Shown in pieces: positions 46,040-59,648 of a stretch of DNA of 64,000 nucleotides (positions are counted from its first letter, which is position 1; every line of letters starts with the position of its first letter). The stretch is taken from contig NC_058384.1 in assembly GCF_018350175.1 (NCBI RefSeq), forward strand, positions 68,758,001-68,822,000, in the 5' to 3' direction. Below the pieces are notes generated by a model. It searched no databases and was not told the origin of the DNA. It saw nothing but the letters and a program-made list of their open reading frames with translations. A program made the translations under genes and the position numbers. The stretch is from Felis catus (Eukaryota).

Positions 46040-48400
46040 ATCAGTCCGCGGAAGGCCCAAAAGAGTAGGTGATGAGCCCGTAGCGCAGCGCTCGCCAGCG
46101 GCTCCCCGGCACCCTGACTCCGGTCACTGGATCCCGGTCCTCGAGGAGCTCGAGAACCGCTCCGACAGTTGGGCTGCAGGCAGGGAGGCCGGCTCGAGGC
46201 GCCGGGCCCAGGCGCGACCCAGCGGACGCAGCTCCTCGCGCCGCGAGCCCCGCCCGCCCCTCGCCCCGAGGCCCCCGCACGCCGGGCCGCCCCGCGCCGG
46301 GCACCGCCGGCCCCGGGAGGCTCGAGGCCTGGGCCGGACGCGGGCAGGCCACGCCCCGCGCGCACAGCCAGGCCGGAGCGCCCACGGCTACTGCCCCCGT
46401 CAAATTCCGGGATTCTGTCGCGATGAACCACCACCCACCGCGGAGTCTGGTGCCCGCTCGCCGGCCTCCATCTTTGGAGTCGGAAGAATGAGAGCGGGCA
46501 GAAGGGGAATCCCGGTTTGGGGAGACTGCGGTACGGCGGCTGCCTGGGGACCAAAACGTCTCTGAGGTAAAGTTGCAGCCTGAAGCGATTTTTTGACCCC
46601 CGACACTTAATGGGCTGCTGAAGACCCGGATGTGTCTGGGACTGGCCGAGGTACCCATTAACGCGCCCCCGCTAGACCATCCCCCTCCTCCGTTTAGGAT
46701 TGGGTATTACGTACGCCAGTCATCACTTCTCCAGCCACTCACTCCTCAAGGGTGGGGTGTAGTCCCAGGATCCCGTCTCCTATTGGTGTGGCCGAGAAGA
46801 NNNNNNNNNNNNNNNNNNNNNNNNNNNNNNNNNNNNNNNNNNNNNNNNNNNNNNNNNNNNNNNNNNNNNNNNNNNNNNNNNNNNNNNNNNNNNNNNNNNN
46901 NNNNNNNNNNNNNNNNNNNNNNNNNNNNNNNNNNNNNNNNNNNNNNNNNNNNNNNNNNNNNNNNNNNNNNNNNNNNNNNNNNNNNNNNNNNNNNNNNNNN
47001 NNNNNNNNNNNGCCCCCCTCCCCCGCCCCCGCCCCCGGTCCCGTCGGCGGGGTCCGGAATCCACTGTGCCNNNNNNNNNNNNNNNNNNNNNNNNNNNNNN
47101 NNNNNNNNNNNNNNNNNNNNNNNNNNNNNNNNNNNNNNNNNNNNNNNNNNNNNNNNNNNNNNNNNNNNNNNNNNNNNNNNNNNNNNNNNNNNNNNNNNNN
47201 NNNNNNNNNNNNNNNNNNNNNNNNNNNNNNNNNNNNNNNNNNNNNNNNNNNNNNNNNNNNNNNNNNNNNNNNNNNNNNNNNNNNNNNNNNNNNNNNNNNN
47301 NNNNNNNNNNNNNNNNNNNNNNNNNNNNNNNNNNNNNNNNNNNNNNNNCCTCCCCCTCCCGGCCCCGCGCGCCCCCGCCTCGCGCTCCCCTCACCTCGTC
47401 CCCTCCCCCGCCCGCGCGCGCGCCCCGGCCTTTCCCTTCGGCCTCGCGCGCCCCCGCCTCGCGTCCCTCCGTTCCTTCTGCTTTTACTCTCTCTCCCCTC
47501 CCGCGCGCCCCGTTTCCCCCGCCATCCCCGCTTCCACTCCCGGCCTCCCGCCCGCCATGCGTCCCCTCCGCTCCTCTCTAGCGCCCCCCCCCCGACCCTC
47601 TCCGCCCCCGGGGGCGCCCTCGGGGCGTGGGGGCCGCTCCCCGCGCGCCGGGCCGGGTCTCCTGGCCGCCGGGGCCCCCGGGGGGTCCGCAGGGTGCGGG
47701 CGGCGCGAGGGTTTTTCTTTATGTAGGTGAAGGGCTCGGCAGCGCGGAACCTGGCCCCTTTATTCCGTCGCCCTCCCGCCGGGGAAGGGAATTGTCCCCG
47801 CCCGTGTGGGCGCTTCTCTTCTGAGCTGAGTAGCGACTCAGCTGCCCCTGACCCCGCGGGGCTCCCGGGACGCCCTGCGCGTGCATCCCAGCTCGGCGCC
47901 TGGGGGTCGTCGGGACTGGGACCGGCCCTCCCCTAGCCACTCCGGGACCTAGCGTCCTTTCTGCCGCCCCGCCCGCGGCTGCCCGGAGGAGCGAGCCCCG
48001 CTGTGGGCGCCCTGCGCCAGCCCGGGACAGCCTTCCCCTCCGTGAAGGCTTGCTCGCCTCTTCGCACTCTTTCCAGACACAAGGTGTTAGCGCCCAGGGC
48101 TGGCGCCGCGGTGGAGACAGAGGCCCTGATGGCGGGTGGGTGGCATGTGCGTGTTCGCCGAGCCAGCTCTCAGCCTTTTCTTCTGCTGTCATCCGGAGAA
48201 CCGGGAGTTTTCTCGTTTCCGATGCGTGGTGGTGCGGAGGGCTTTTGTGTGCGCGTGGGAGAGCTGGGGGACGCTTACTATGTTTCGGCGAAGGGGAGGC
48301 CACACTGCAGCGCGAGCTCTGGGTAGCAGCAGCTGGGGCAAAGCGGTGTGCACAGATCCGCGGGGAAGAGCTGGTGCTTTTGAGTGTTTGAAACATTTTT
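46040..48400 (+). promoter_or_regulatory. GATAD2B: CpG island: probable GATAD2B promoter and non-coding exon 1 (partly in N gaps)
   Basis: CpG island with inverted CCAAT (ATTGG ~46782) and GC boxes. Identity is inferred only from the human gene order DENND4B-GATAD2B; no coding exon is in the window. Confidence 0.6.
46801..47348. other. Assembly gaps (N 46801-47011 and 47071-47348)
   Basis: Runs of 211 and 278 N. Confidence 0.99.
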
Positions 48401-51400
48401 ATTTCTAAGAATTTAGTTTTGGATAGACAGTGCGTGCATGTGATACAAAGTGAATTCTTCCCTTCCGCCTGTGCTTCTTCGCAGCCCTCCTCCCCGTCCA
48501 CTGATGTCCCATTGTTTTCTGGCAGCAGCAGTGGTGTCTGTGTTGGAGGTTAACCTGTTGGGGTGTTGAGTGCTAACTCCGCTGCTTTCTCTGTGCTGCA
48601 CTGACCTGCACTCTTCCTAGAAGTCTCCTTCACGTGCTTGGTGCCGGAGCCCTGCGGATAGAGTACCGTTCCCGTCCGCGCCGGGTGAAGGAGGCTGCCT
48701 CTGGGGCTGCTGCAGGTGGTGCTGTGGAGGGCTCCGGTACGTGTGCAAGGAGGGCCCCCCATCTGTGCCGCTTCTTTGGTGACTGACACCTAGTCACCGC
48801 TTGGGGATGGGCTGGGCCCAGCGTCCTCTTTCCTTGGGCGTTCTGAGCGGGTAGGTCGCCGGAGTACCGACGTGGTCGCTGTCTTCCGTTTGTAGAGGAG
48901 CGTGGGTTCTAGCCTAGCGGCCGAGGTAGTCAGCGTGGTGAGGAGCGCAGCAGACGGCTGTTGACCCGTAGGAATCAGAACCCAGACCTGCAGGCTGAGT
49001 GACCCAGTTCGAGAAGCGGTGAGGCCCCTGGACTTCTGTCCTGTTTATTCCTTACTTGACAACATGTCCCTGAAGTGACAGGGACCCGGGGCTGGCAGCA
49101 GCATCCGTCTTTACCACCCTGTGGTCTGCCTCCCCTGACTGTGTGACGGCTGTTAACTTCCTGTTTAGAGGCAGCTCGAAAAGCGTCTGAATAGAGGCTG
49201 CCTTCACACCCTTGTTTAGGGTCAGTGTTGACCAGGTTCCCTCATCAGCCCTTTACATCTGCGTTCTGGCGGTGACTTTCACTGCTGTGTTAGCATAAAT
49301 CAGGCCACGGGGTTGGGGAGGGAAGAAGTGAAGATTTTCTCTGAACTTCATAGTCCCAGAGTTCATTGAAGTGCTGCTTGTCTCACCCCCTTTCCCCTTC
49401 CTCCTTTCCTTTTTCCCGTTCTTCCTTTCTTTAATGGTTGTTTTTGGGTTTTTTTTCTTTTTTTTTTTTTTTTGGACAAATGTTTCTAACCCGCTACACC
49501 CTTCCTCCCCGCTGGTTGGTCCTGGTCAGACCTTCAGGTTGGTTGGAATTTGGTTACAGACCTGCAGCATGTGGGGTGGCGTCAGTGTGTCAGTAGTATT
49601 GTCCTCCTGATCTTAGGCTGGGTCCTCCGGATTCATCCTGGCTTTAAGGAGTGTGTTGTATGTAAACCAGGCCTCTTGTTTCAGTTTACCGTTCCTTCCT
49701 TCCTCACCTTCCCCACCCACCAGGCTGGAGGTGCGCGTGTAGGGGAGCAGCAGTTGTTTCGGGACTTGGGAGTATATTCCATGTTAGCCAACCCACTGGG
49801 ACAAGCATGCTGACAAGCAGCCCTCTGCACTCAGAATGCTCGTGTTGCTGGGCTCATTGAGAAAAGCCAAGCCAACTTTGATTGATTAACACAACTGCTA
49901 GAGAAAGTGTAAGGTTTGGGCCATAACTCGGACGAAGGAATTTTCTTTCCCAGACCGTTTGCAGTATTGAACGGCATCATAACACATCGAGGTCCGGTAG
50001 TCAGGCATTTTCTGAAGCAGTTTGGAGGGGAGGGAAGAAGAAAAAAAAAAAAAGACACACCCAGATTGACTATAAATCTAGCCCTGGCGTAAAGCTGTCC
50101 ACCTCTTGCTCAGGAAAAATCCAACCTATCAGACAATGCCACACAAAGTTGCAGTTTGCCTGCATTGGCTAAGCTTGGGAAAAGATGCATGAGGAAGTTC
50201 AGTTCTTGTTGAAAAGGGTTGGCTTTTCGGGGGAGAGCTTCTCTTAGCTGTGCTGTTTAGTTTATCCTCAGTATTCTGTTTCTGCGATACTTTCTGCAGA
50301 TCTTGGTGGCTCCAGAGTCCATAGAGCAGGGACCCCTGTATTCAGGTGGTAATGATGAAAGCATCGGAGGATAGATCTGATTTGAAATGCTTCCTTTTCA
50401 TGTTGCATCTTTTACTCTCTGGCGGATGTATGAAATATTCCTGTGTAGTTTTTTGAGTTCATTCAGTTGGAGAGCAGTGACCCAGGGTGGTCAAAGAGCT
50501 TAGCCCATCTTTTACACTTCTTAGCTGGTGTCTCCCTCAAATCCTTTAATCTTTGTCTTACATTGCCATTAACTGGCAAGAAGCTATCAAGAGTTTCGGG
50601 TTATTGTACCAAAAGCAACAGGTGAATAAGAACACATATTTTGTTACTTTTGAGGTGTGAGACTGGTCAAATCCCAGACCTCAAAGAGCTCTAGTAATTG
50701 CGGAAGCAGCTTTGACAACACGTGAATTTAATTGTTACTAACCAGTAAACTATTGACAAAGAATGACAACACTTCCACATTCCTGAGCCATTTTCTCCTT
50801 GATTTTCACAGGTAATATAAAAACATACACATTTTGAAAATAATTCAAGTTATCATTACTTGAATCTGAAAGTCGTGCTTTAAACCTCTTGACGAAAGTT
50901 TCTTGATGTTGTCTCATTTTGGGGGAAGGTGGAATTTGTAATCTCCCCAGATGTAGGCTGGAATGTCAGTAGGATTTAGATTAGACATGAGGATTAATAA
51001 GTACCCGTTATAGTTGTGAGGGATTAGAAATGTTAACTGGAGAGTTTGTGCATTTCTCACCTAGAAGTTATTTCCAAAGTAGCTTTTTGAGAGTATTTAA
51101 ATTCAGACTTCCTGGGAGGAAGGTTGTGGGACTAGTAACTGGCAAGTGGGCCTAGTAGAACACTGGTATAGAGAATCTAGAAATCCTGGGTCAAATCCTA
51201 GTTTTAACATTTGTTAGCTACGTGACCTTGAGGAACGCTTCTAATTTTTTCCCCTCCTGCTCACCTGCTCTTATAAGGCTCCTAATTTTTAAATTCTCGT
51301 ATTCCTCAGTAAAAGTCTGTCCTTACAGTGGCCAACAAGATCTTAAATGATCTGCAGTTCCCTACCCCTTCTCTGCTGACCTGTCCTTCTCCCTGTTGCT

Positions 51401-51667
51401 TACTCAGTTCTAGCTACCTTGACTTGTTACTTAAATACATTAGTTACATTCTGTATCTTAGGATTTTGGCACTAGCTCTTCCTGCCAGTGGGAAATAGTT
51501 TTTCCTACAGAGATAATACAAATGACTAATTTCCTCAACTTTAAGTTTATGTTTAAATATGTCACCTTTTCAGTGAGGTCTTATCCTACCTCTTAAAATT
51601 GCACCTTCACCACCCCTCACCCCTAATTCTTCCATGCTCTATTTTTGTTTTTTATTTTTTATAAAAA

Positions 51668-52040
51668 CTTTTAATATTTATTTATTTTTGAGAGAGACAG
51701 AGCATGAGCTGGGGTGGGGCAGGGAGAGAGGGAGACATAGAATCTGAAGCACAGATTCTATGCTGTCAGCACAGAGCCCGATGCAGGGCTCAAACTCATG
51801 AACTGTGAGATCATGACCTGAGCCGAAGTCGGATGCTTAACCAACTGAGCCACCTAGGCACCCCTCTATTTTTGTTTTTTATAGCACTTATAACTTTATA
51901 ACACATTTGTTACATTTATTGGTTTTTTAAAAAGCTTATTTATTTAAGTGATTTCTATAGCAAAGTGGGGCTCAAACTCACGACCCTGAGATCAAGAGTC
52001 ACATGCTCCCTCTGACTGAGCAAGCCAGGGCCAGGTGCCC
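51668..52040 (-). mobile_element. Two minus-strand Can-SINEs (51668-51863, 51924-52040) within an L2-like remnant
   Basis: SINEC consensus on the reverse strand; TSD CTCTATTTTTGTTTTT around the first copy. Confidence 0.88.
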
Positions 52041-52047
52041 CACCCAC

Positions 52048-52082
<35 letters not shown>

Positions 52083-53974
52083 TTTATTGCTTACTGTTTC
52101 CCTTCCTATGATACAAGGTCCATGAAAGCATGGATTTATTTTGGTATTTTAATGCCTAATACAGTGCTTGATACATAGTTAATATTTGTTGATCAAATGA
52201 GACTAATAACTGTTTTCCTAATCTCACAGTTGTTTATAACAAACGTACGAAATGTGATTAGCATAATATGGGATTTTAAAGTGTGAACTTTGAAGCATCA
52301 TACAAATAATGATAAAATTACTGCCTTCCCATTGAAATGATAAATAACACTTGATTATTCAAAAAAGACCTTCATGTGTTCATATACATTATCGCATCTC
52401 TCTTAAAGTCTAGCCTCTTGTTTCTGGTGTTCTACTCTGTGCTAGGCTCCTCTGCCTCTGATTTCCATCCGTACCTCACACCCAGCGTGTTCATCATCGG
52501 CTCCCCTTCTGTGTCACCTAAGCCAGCAATGGGTTGTCCAGTTCTCTCTTATTCATTATTTTCTAAATATTTCTGAATCAGTATCTCTTTCTCTATTTCC
52601 ATTGCTGGTCTACTTTGGGCCTACAACTCTCATTTGGAAGATTGCCATGATCTCTTTGCTTTTAGTTTTGTTCCCTTTTAAACTCTCAATCATATTGTAT
52701 TCAGAATGGCTTAACACAGAGATCTGATTATTCTCTTGGTCTTTCTCAAAAGTATTCAATAGTTTCCACTTGTGTAAAGGTGCAATTTAAACCTTTCATA
52801 GTATTCGGGCCCTGGAATCTTGGCCCTTGCCGTTCTGTCCAGCCTTGCATCTCTCCCTTACGGTTTGTACGTGAGCAGATACAGTTCTTCTGGTTCCTAG
52901 ATCAGCTTCCAGGTCCCACCTCAAATGCTACTTTGTGGGAAGCCTTCCCTGACTTTCCCAGAGAGACTTAGATACGCTTTCTTCTTTGATCTCACTCTAT
53001 AAATATTGCTTGTCTCCCCTCCGTGGTCTGTAAACATCCTCAAAAACACCACGTCTTTCTACTGTTGTGTCTCCAGTGCCTCGCATGGCGCCCGTCACCT
53101 AAAAGATTCTAAAAATAGGAATATGAGAAAATGCCGCATACATTTAGAAGGTATCCCTTTTGTTATATTCTGGGGCAGAAGGACAGAGTTGGGAGTCCTG
53201 GCTCTGCTAGTTATCGTCTGTGTGACACCTTGGTTTGGTCATTTGTAACCTTCAGGCCATAGTTTCCTCACCTCAGAAATGGGGATCGGAGAGCTGCTGT
53301 ACACCCCAGAAATCCAGAGATTTCTGTCAGATGAGACCATACATAGAGGTGCTTAATAAGCTGTGAGACGCTGCACACTTTTTACTTGTTATGTGCTCTC
53401 CTCATAACTCCTTTTTTCTTGTTCATATTCTTTTTATCACTGAAGACGGAAATACCCTTCTACGACAGGAGTTCTGTTCGCAGCTATTTTCATCTGTAGG
53501 TGTGGTGTACTCCTGTTTTTCGTCTTAAATGTGACAGATTTAAATCTGCCCCAGTATCCCAGTGAACAGAAAAGGTCGCAAAATCCTGGGAAGTTTATAC
53601 CGCTCAAGGAGTGTCTCAGTCATGGATTCTGTAATTTTTTTCTCAGATTTTTTTGGGTTGGATTTTTGCAACTTTTAGAATTTAAAAGAATTTTTTAAAT
53701 GTAAGCTCATTTTTCAAGCACTTTCTTTGTGTACAGGCTTTGTACTATTTTAATTCAGATGGTAACTCTGTGAGGGAGATACTGTAACCATTTTATAGAT
53801 GAGAAAACCCAGTTTCCAGAGATGTTGTCATTTTGCTGGAATCCGTATTTGGACAACTCTGCCTGACCCCAAAAGTTGTGATCTTACCATTCTCCTAACA
53901 TTTCTCACAGAGTTTTCTTTTGCTCTAAAAACAAAAGCAAAAACAAAAACAAAACAAAAAATAGAATAGCATCT

Positions 53975-54215
53975 ATAGGTCTTATGTGAAAAAAGTTCTG
54001 TGGTCAAATAGAGTTTTGAAAAATTTGGGGTTACGTTAAGTTAAGGCACATTTCCTCCCAGCATGACTTCTCAGAGCCTTGCATGTCTAAATACACGTTG
54101 TACATTGGGAGTGGTAAAAGAATGGCTAAAGTATGCAAAGGCTCTCACAACTATTTGACCATGAAAGAGCTTCTTAAGGTATTAGTGATCTCAGTGCTTT
54201 GAGAGTGTACTGTGC
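53975..54215. mobile_element. Old hAT-Charlie MITE remnant (MER112-like)
   Basis: Internal inverted motif TGGTCAAATAG..CTATTTGACCA plus GACTTCTCAGAGCCTT; family assignment from memory. Confidence 0.45.
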
Positions 54216-55211
54216 TTTGCCATTCTGCTTTCCTCTTTGAGGTGAAAGTTTTCTAAGGGTTGTCACTCTGGAATGAGGGAATTGATTGCTTTTGTGTGCT
54301 GGTTTTCCAGAGAATTAGAATGGTGGCATTAAGCTAGATATTTTTTAGAAATTTCACTGGTATGGAGGCTGCCATTCCCCCCCACCCCCCCACCCCCATG
54401 AGTCCTCTAAGGCAAGTGGCACCATTCATCCAGCTTGGCCTCACTTTCAGTGAATTCGCAGGGGGATGCTGCCCCCACCATCTTCAATCTCATGTGCTAG
54501 ATGCAGGAGAGGAAGGTTGCAGTTTTGTAAGTGAACAGAAACCTGTGAGCCAAGAGCAAGAAGCCCTTCCTTTCTGTGAAGACGTCGCTGTCATACTAAG
54601 GAATCTGCAAAGCCCATCTGTCTTTCTCTCCTGTGAGGCATGCAGACTGACCTGGGGATCAGGGGACAGAAAGAGTAAAACCTTTGGTTTTTCAGTCCTT
54701 TGAAGGTGATATGTTTGTCCTGAAATTAAAACAAAACTGAGAAATTTGTCCTTACATCGTTTAAAGGCATAAAGGTTACCTGAATGGTGCGGACTCCTGA
54801 ATTTCAAACTTTTATCTCCTACTTTGAGCTGCCAGTGAAAAGTATTGAAAATGTTTCCCCTGTAGGATAACATTATTTGGATGGAGGAGCTGTTTTCTAA
54901 TCATTCTTTAACATATTTTATATGGCTAGGCTGATGCATTGCTATCAGAAAGATGGAAACAGTTGATCTTGTCAATTCCTTAGTGCCCTGGACAGGTTGG
55001 CTAGAAGACTTTGTATTAGATTCTATGAAAATTTGATGTGAGTGTCATGACACTCTTGACATATACTAGATTTTGGCTTGTAAGTGTCCATTAGTAAATT
55101 AATATGTTTCTCTGATGCTGTTTTGTTTGTTTTATTTCCAAGTAATAAAAAATGCTCTGTTTCTCAGCTGAGTGCTTTATATATTTGAAAGGCTTGGTTT
55201 AAAAAAAAAAA

Positions 55212-55872
55212 CTTTTTTAAAGTTTCTTTATTTTGAGAGAGAGCAAGCAGGGGAGGGCCAGAGGGGGGAGAGAGAGAGGGAGGGAGGGAGGGAGAGAGAA
55301 TCCCAAGCAGGCTCTGCACTGTCATCACAGAGCCTGATTCAGGGCTTGATCCCATGAACTTTGAGATCATGACCTGAGCGAAACCAAGAGTGGGACACTT
55401 AACCAACCGAGCCACCCATGTGGTCCTGAAGTTTTGGTTTTTTAGAGTATTTTAAATCCAGGTATTTTGTGCCAAACAAATAGGAACTAGAATAATGGTT
55501 TCTGATTATACTAAGACTCAATACGACGTTTTCATTAGCCTTCATTTTTAACTCTTCACTTTCTGCTTAGCATGCTGTTTCCCATCTAAATTCTGTATAG
55601 TGCATCAGTATTGACTGAAAGGTTTCAAGGAATATGGGTGACTGGAAAAGGGTTTTTTTTTTTTTTTTAATGGTTATTTATTTTTGAGAGAGAGAGAGGG
55701 CAGACTACAAGCGGGGTTGGGGCAGAGAGAGAGGGAGAGACAGAATCTGTAGCAGGCTCTAGGCTCTGAGCTGTCAGCACAGAGCCCAATGTGGGGCTCG
55801 AATTCAAGAACTGTGAGATCATGACTTGAGCCCAAGTTGGATACTCAACCGACTGAGCCACCCAGGCACCCC
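55212..55872 (-). mobile_element. Two minus-strand Can-SINEs (55212-55426, 55654-55872)
   Basis: polyT, (GA)n, then ..GAGCCACCCA.. head. Confidence 0.9.
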
Positions 55873-56298
55873 TGGAAAAAGATTTTTTACAGCTGTGTTT
55901 TGCAGTGGACAGAAACATCTTAAAAATAACAAGTGCATCTTTGAAAAATCTTGAGGATTCAAGGGAATAAGACCTTTCTAGCCTAAATAGGGATGTAAAA
56001 ATTTATTTGAAGTATAATGAGTTACTACAGTTCATGAGTAGTTATGAGTCGTTTTGATTGTTGCATGACTATTGCATCAAGATATCAAGGCTTTGATATC
56101 TATCTGGTATTAAATTGTTGGTTCCCAGTTCTGTCATATACAGAGTGGTGGATGTCACAGAAGTGTGTAACCAAGGTTAGAATCTGGGCAGTTTTCATTT
56201 CCAGATGAAACCTGGTATTCTGGCTGGCTGAATACGATAACGTTCACAGGAGGGAATAAAATACAATATGATAAAGTTGTATCAAAAATAAAATTTTA

Positions 56299-57180
56299 GG
56301 GGCGCCTGGGTGGCTCAGTCGGTTAAGCGTCCGACTTCAGCTCAGGTCACGATCTCACGGTCCGTGAGTTCGAGCCCCGCGTCGGGCTCTGGGCTGATGA
56401 TGGCCCAGAGCCTGTAGCCTGCTTCCGATTCTGTGTCTCCCTCTCTCTCTGACCCTCCCCCGTTCATGCTCTGCCTCTCTCTGTCTCAAAAATAAATAAA
56501 CGTTAAAAAAAAAAAAAGAAAAGAAAAAAAATGAAATTTTAGGGGCGCCTGGGTAGCTCAGTTGGTTAAGCATCTGACTTCTGCTCAGGTTATGATCTCA
56601 TGTTTTGTGAGTTGGAGCCCCACGTCAGGCTCTGCTGACAGCTCCAATTCTGTGCCTCCCTCTCTCTCTGCCCCTCCCCTGCTCATGTGCGCCCTCATGC
56701 TCTCTCTGTCTTAAAAAATGAACATTAAAAAAAATTTTTTTTAATAAATAAAATGTTAGGGGCCTGGGTGGCGCAGTTGGTTAAGTTTCTGCTCTTGATT
56801 TTGGCTCAGGTCATGATCTTATGGTTTGTGAGTTCGAGCCCTGCATCCAGGCTCCACGCTGTCAGTGTGGAACCTGCTTGGGATTTTCTCTTCTCTTCCC
56901 ACCCCCCCCCCTTCTCTCTCTCCCTCTCTGTCAAGGTAAATAAATAAACTTAAAAAAAATAAGATTTTAAGCGTGCCTGGGGGGCTCAGTCGGTTAAGTG
57001 TCCGACTGCGGCTCAGGTCATGATCTCTCGGCTCGTGAGTTCAAGCCCTGCATCTGGCTCTGTGCTGACAGCTCAGAGCCTGGAGCCTGCTTCGGATTCT
57101 GTCTCCCTCTCTCTCTGCCCCTCCCCTGCTCATGCTCACTCGCTCGCTCTCTCTCAAAAATAAACATTAAAAAATAAAAT
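56299..57180 (+). mobile_element. Head-to-tail array of four Can-SINEs (starts 56299, 56542, 56759, 56971)
   Basis: Four SINEC copies, each preceded by an AAATTTTA-like motif. Confidence 0.92.
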
Positions 57181-57809
57181 TTTAAGGTGTCTGTAGTTCC
57201 TTTGATTCTGCCATCTTCTGGATTCACTTGGGTTGAGGGTGTGAAAAGGACTGTATAAGGGGTACTGTTATGGTTCAAAAAATTATTGTAGGAGAATGGT
57301 GAAATGTTTTAGTCATTGTTTTATAGCTATATAGATTAACTGAAGAAGCCTTTGGACGTGGGTGTTTTAATTGTGTTGTTACTGGAGCTGCTTAGTGCAT
57401 ATCAGTGTGCTGTCTAGACTGGGCCCCGTTAGCTTTTGCTTGTTATTCTGAAAACCTTTGGCGTTGTGTCCCCCTTCCCCAACCCCCCATCCCTGAACCA
57501 ACCATTCTCCGTGTTGTGCATAAATTGAATTCAGGTGTCTGGATATGAGAACACAGTCTAGTATTGCTACTACTCTTAGTGGAGATTTTTCACTTAATTA
57601 CTTCAAAGCTTGCTTTCTTTGGTTAAACTAGAATAACTTTTGGACATGGTAATGATTAAAAGTATAGCTCCACAGTCAAAGTCCTGGGTTCACATTTCTA
57701 CTCCACCGTTTACTGGTAGTTGTAAGATCTTTTACTTAACTTTTCTGTATTGTGCAGATAGTAATTATTCAGTAAATGTTAGACATTCTTTTAAAAGATA
57801 ATGGTGAAT

Positions 57810-58475
57810 TTGCCACATAGTTTGTGGTCAAATATACATAAATTCACCATTTTAAGCATTTTTAAGTACACAGTTCAGTGTCATTAAGTACATTCTCGTT
57901 GTCATGCAACCATTACCACTATCCATCTCCAGACTTTTTCAGCTTCCCATACTGAAATTCCCATACCTATGAAAAAATAACTCGCTATTATCCCTCCCCT
58001 GACCAGCTCCTTACAACCATTCTGCTTTGTCTCTATACATTCTACTACTTTAGGTACCTCATGTAAGTGGAATCATACAATATTTGTCCTATCGTGTCTG
58101 GCTCATTTTGCTTGGATGATGTTTTCGAGGTTCATCCGTATCTTGTAGTGTGTGTCAGAATTTCATTCCTTTTTAAGGCTAAATATATATCCCATTTTAT
58201 GTATATATCACATTTTATCTTTTTATCTGTCAGTGGATACTTGGGCTATTTCTACCTTTGGGCTGTTATGTATAATGCTGCTGTGAACACGGGTATGCAG
58301 ATATTTGTTTGAGTCCTTGCTTTCAAATCTTTGGGGGTATATACCCAGAGTTGGAATTGGTGGATCATGTAATTTTTCAAGGAACCATCATACTATTTTC
58401 TGCAGTGACTGTACCATTTACATTCCCACCAGCAATGCACAAGGAGTCCAACATCCTTACCAACACTTTATTTTC
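57810..58475 (-). mobile_element. LINE-1 3' region fragment (old L1M), resuming at ~59310-59365
   Basis: Typical L1 3'UTR antisense motifs: AAGTACACAGTTCAGTG, GTAAGTGGAATCATACAATATTTGTCC, CATTCCCACCAGCAATGC. Confidence 0.85.
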
Positions 58476-58489
58476 TGCTTTAAAAAAAA

Positions 58490-59308
58490 TTTTTTTTAAT
58501 GTTTATTTTGAATTTTTTGAAGTTTATTTAATTTGAGAGAGAGTGCACATGTGGGAGGGGCAGAGAGAGAGTGTGAGCGAGCGCGGGACAGGGAATTTCA
58601 AGCAGGAGCACAGAAATCTACGCAGTACTCGAACTCAGGAACTGTGAGGTCATGACCTGAGCCAAAACCAAGAGTCGCACACTTAACCGACTGAGCCACC
58701 CAGGAGCCCCCTATTTATTTATTTTGAGAGAGAGAGCGTGCATGCACAGGGAAGGGGCAGAGAGAGAGAATCCCAAGCAGGCTCTGAACTCGGAACCATG
58801 AGATCATGACCTGAGCCAGTATCAAGAGTCAACTAGATGGGGCGCCTGGGTGGCGCAGTCGGTTAGGCGTCCGACTTCAGCCAGGTCACGATCTCGCGGT
58901 CCGTGAGTTCAAGCCCCGCGTCAGGCTCTGGGCTGATGGCTCGGAGCCTGGAGCCTGTTTCCAATTCTGTGTCTCCCTCTCTCTCTGCCCCTCCCCCGTT
59001 CATGCTCTCTCTCTGTCCCAAAAATAAATAAACGTTGAAAAAAAAAAAAAAAAAAAGAGTCAACTAGCTTAGGGGCACCTGGGTGGCTCAGTTGGTTGAG
59101 TGTCCGACTTCGCTCAGGTCATGATCTTGCAGTTCATGAGTTCAAGCCCTGCATCGGGCTCTGTGCTGACAGCTCAGAGCCTGGAGCCTGCTTCCAATTC
59201 TGTGTGTCTCTCTGCCCCCCTCCCACTTGCACTTTCTCTCTCAAAAATAAACAAACATTAAAAAAAAATATTTTTTTAAGTCAACCAGCTGAGCCACCCA
59301 GGCACCCC
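58490..59308. mobile_element. Nested Can-SINE cluster (-58490-58710; -58712..59308 interrupted by +58839-59056 and +59072-59270)
   Basis: TSD AAGAGTCAACTAG at 58824-58836 and 59055-59067; the host SINE head resumes at ~59280. Confidence 0.88.
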
Positions 59309-59392
59309 TTCTGTTGGTTATTTCTATAAAAGCCTTCCAAATTGGTGTGAAATGGTATCTTGCTTTTTTGGTGTTGTAATAAGAGTTTTTTC

Positions 59393-59394
<2 letters not shown>

Positions 59395-59436
<42 letters not shown>
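59395..59436 (+). repeat. (TG)21 microsatellite
   Basis: Read directly from the sequence. Confidence 0.97.
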
Positions 59437-59440
<4 letters not shown>

Positions 59441-59648
59441 ATTCTTTAAATGAAAATTTTAAGGGTGAAATATTTTCATGGCTATCAGAGCAATTTCAAC
59501 CAGGAAAGAATATTTGAGTTTATGGCTGTGTACCTTTCCTGTTGCCGACAAGTCTTGATCTTTGAGGACTTTCATTGCTTTTATTCTCTTCACATTGAAT
59601 ATACATAATTTGAGTATTACTTACGAGGTTATTAAACTTAATTTAGGA

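Noticed and set aside
46630-47730. ORFs of 171-366 aa across the N runs
   Set aside because: Open only because of ambiguous bases.
56299-56380. tRNA-like A/B-box sequences
   Set aside because: These are tRNA-derived heads of Can-SINEs, not tRNA genes.
56288-57187. Regularly spaced repeats resembling a CRISPR-like array
   Set aside because: Eukaryotic SINE copies with TSDs; no unique spacers and no cas genes.
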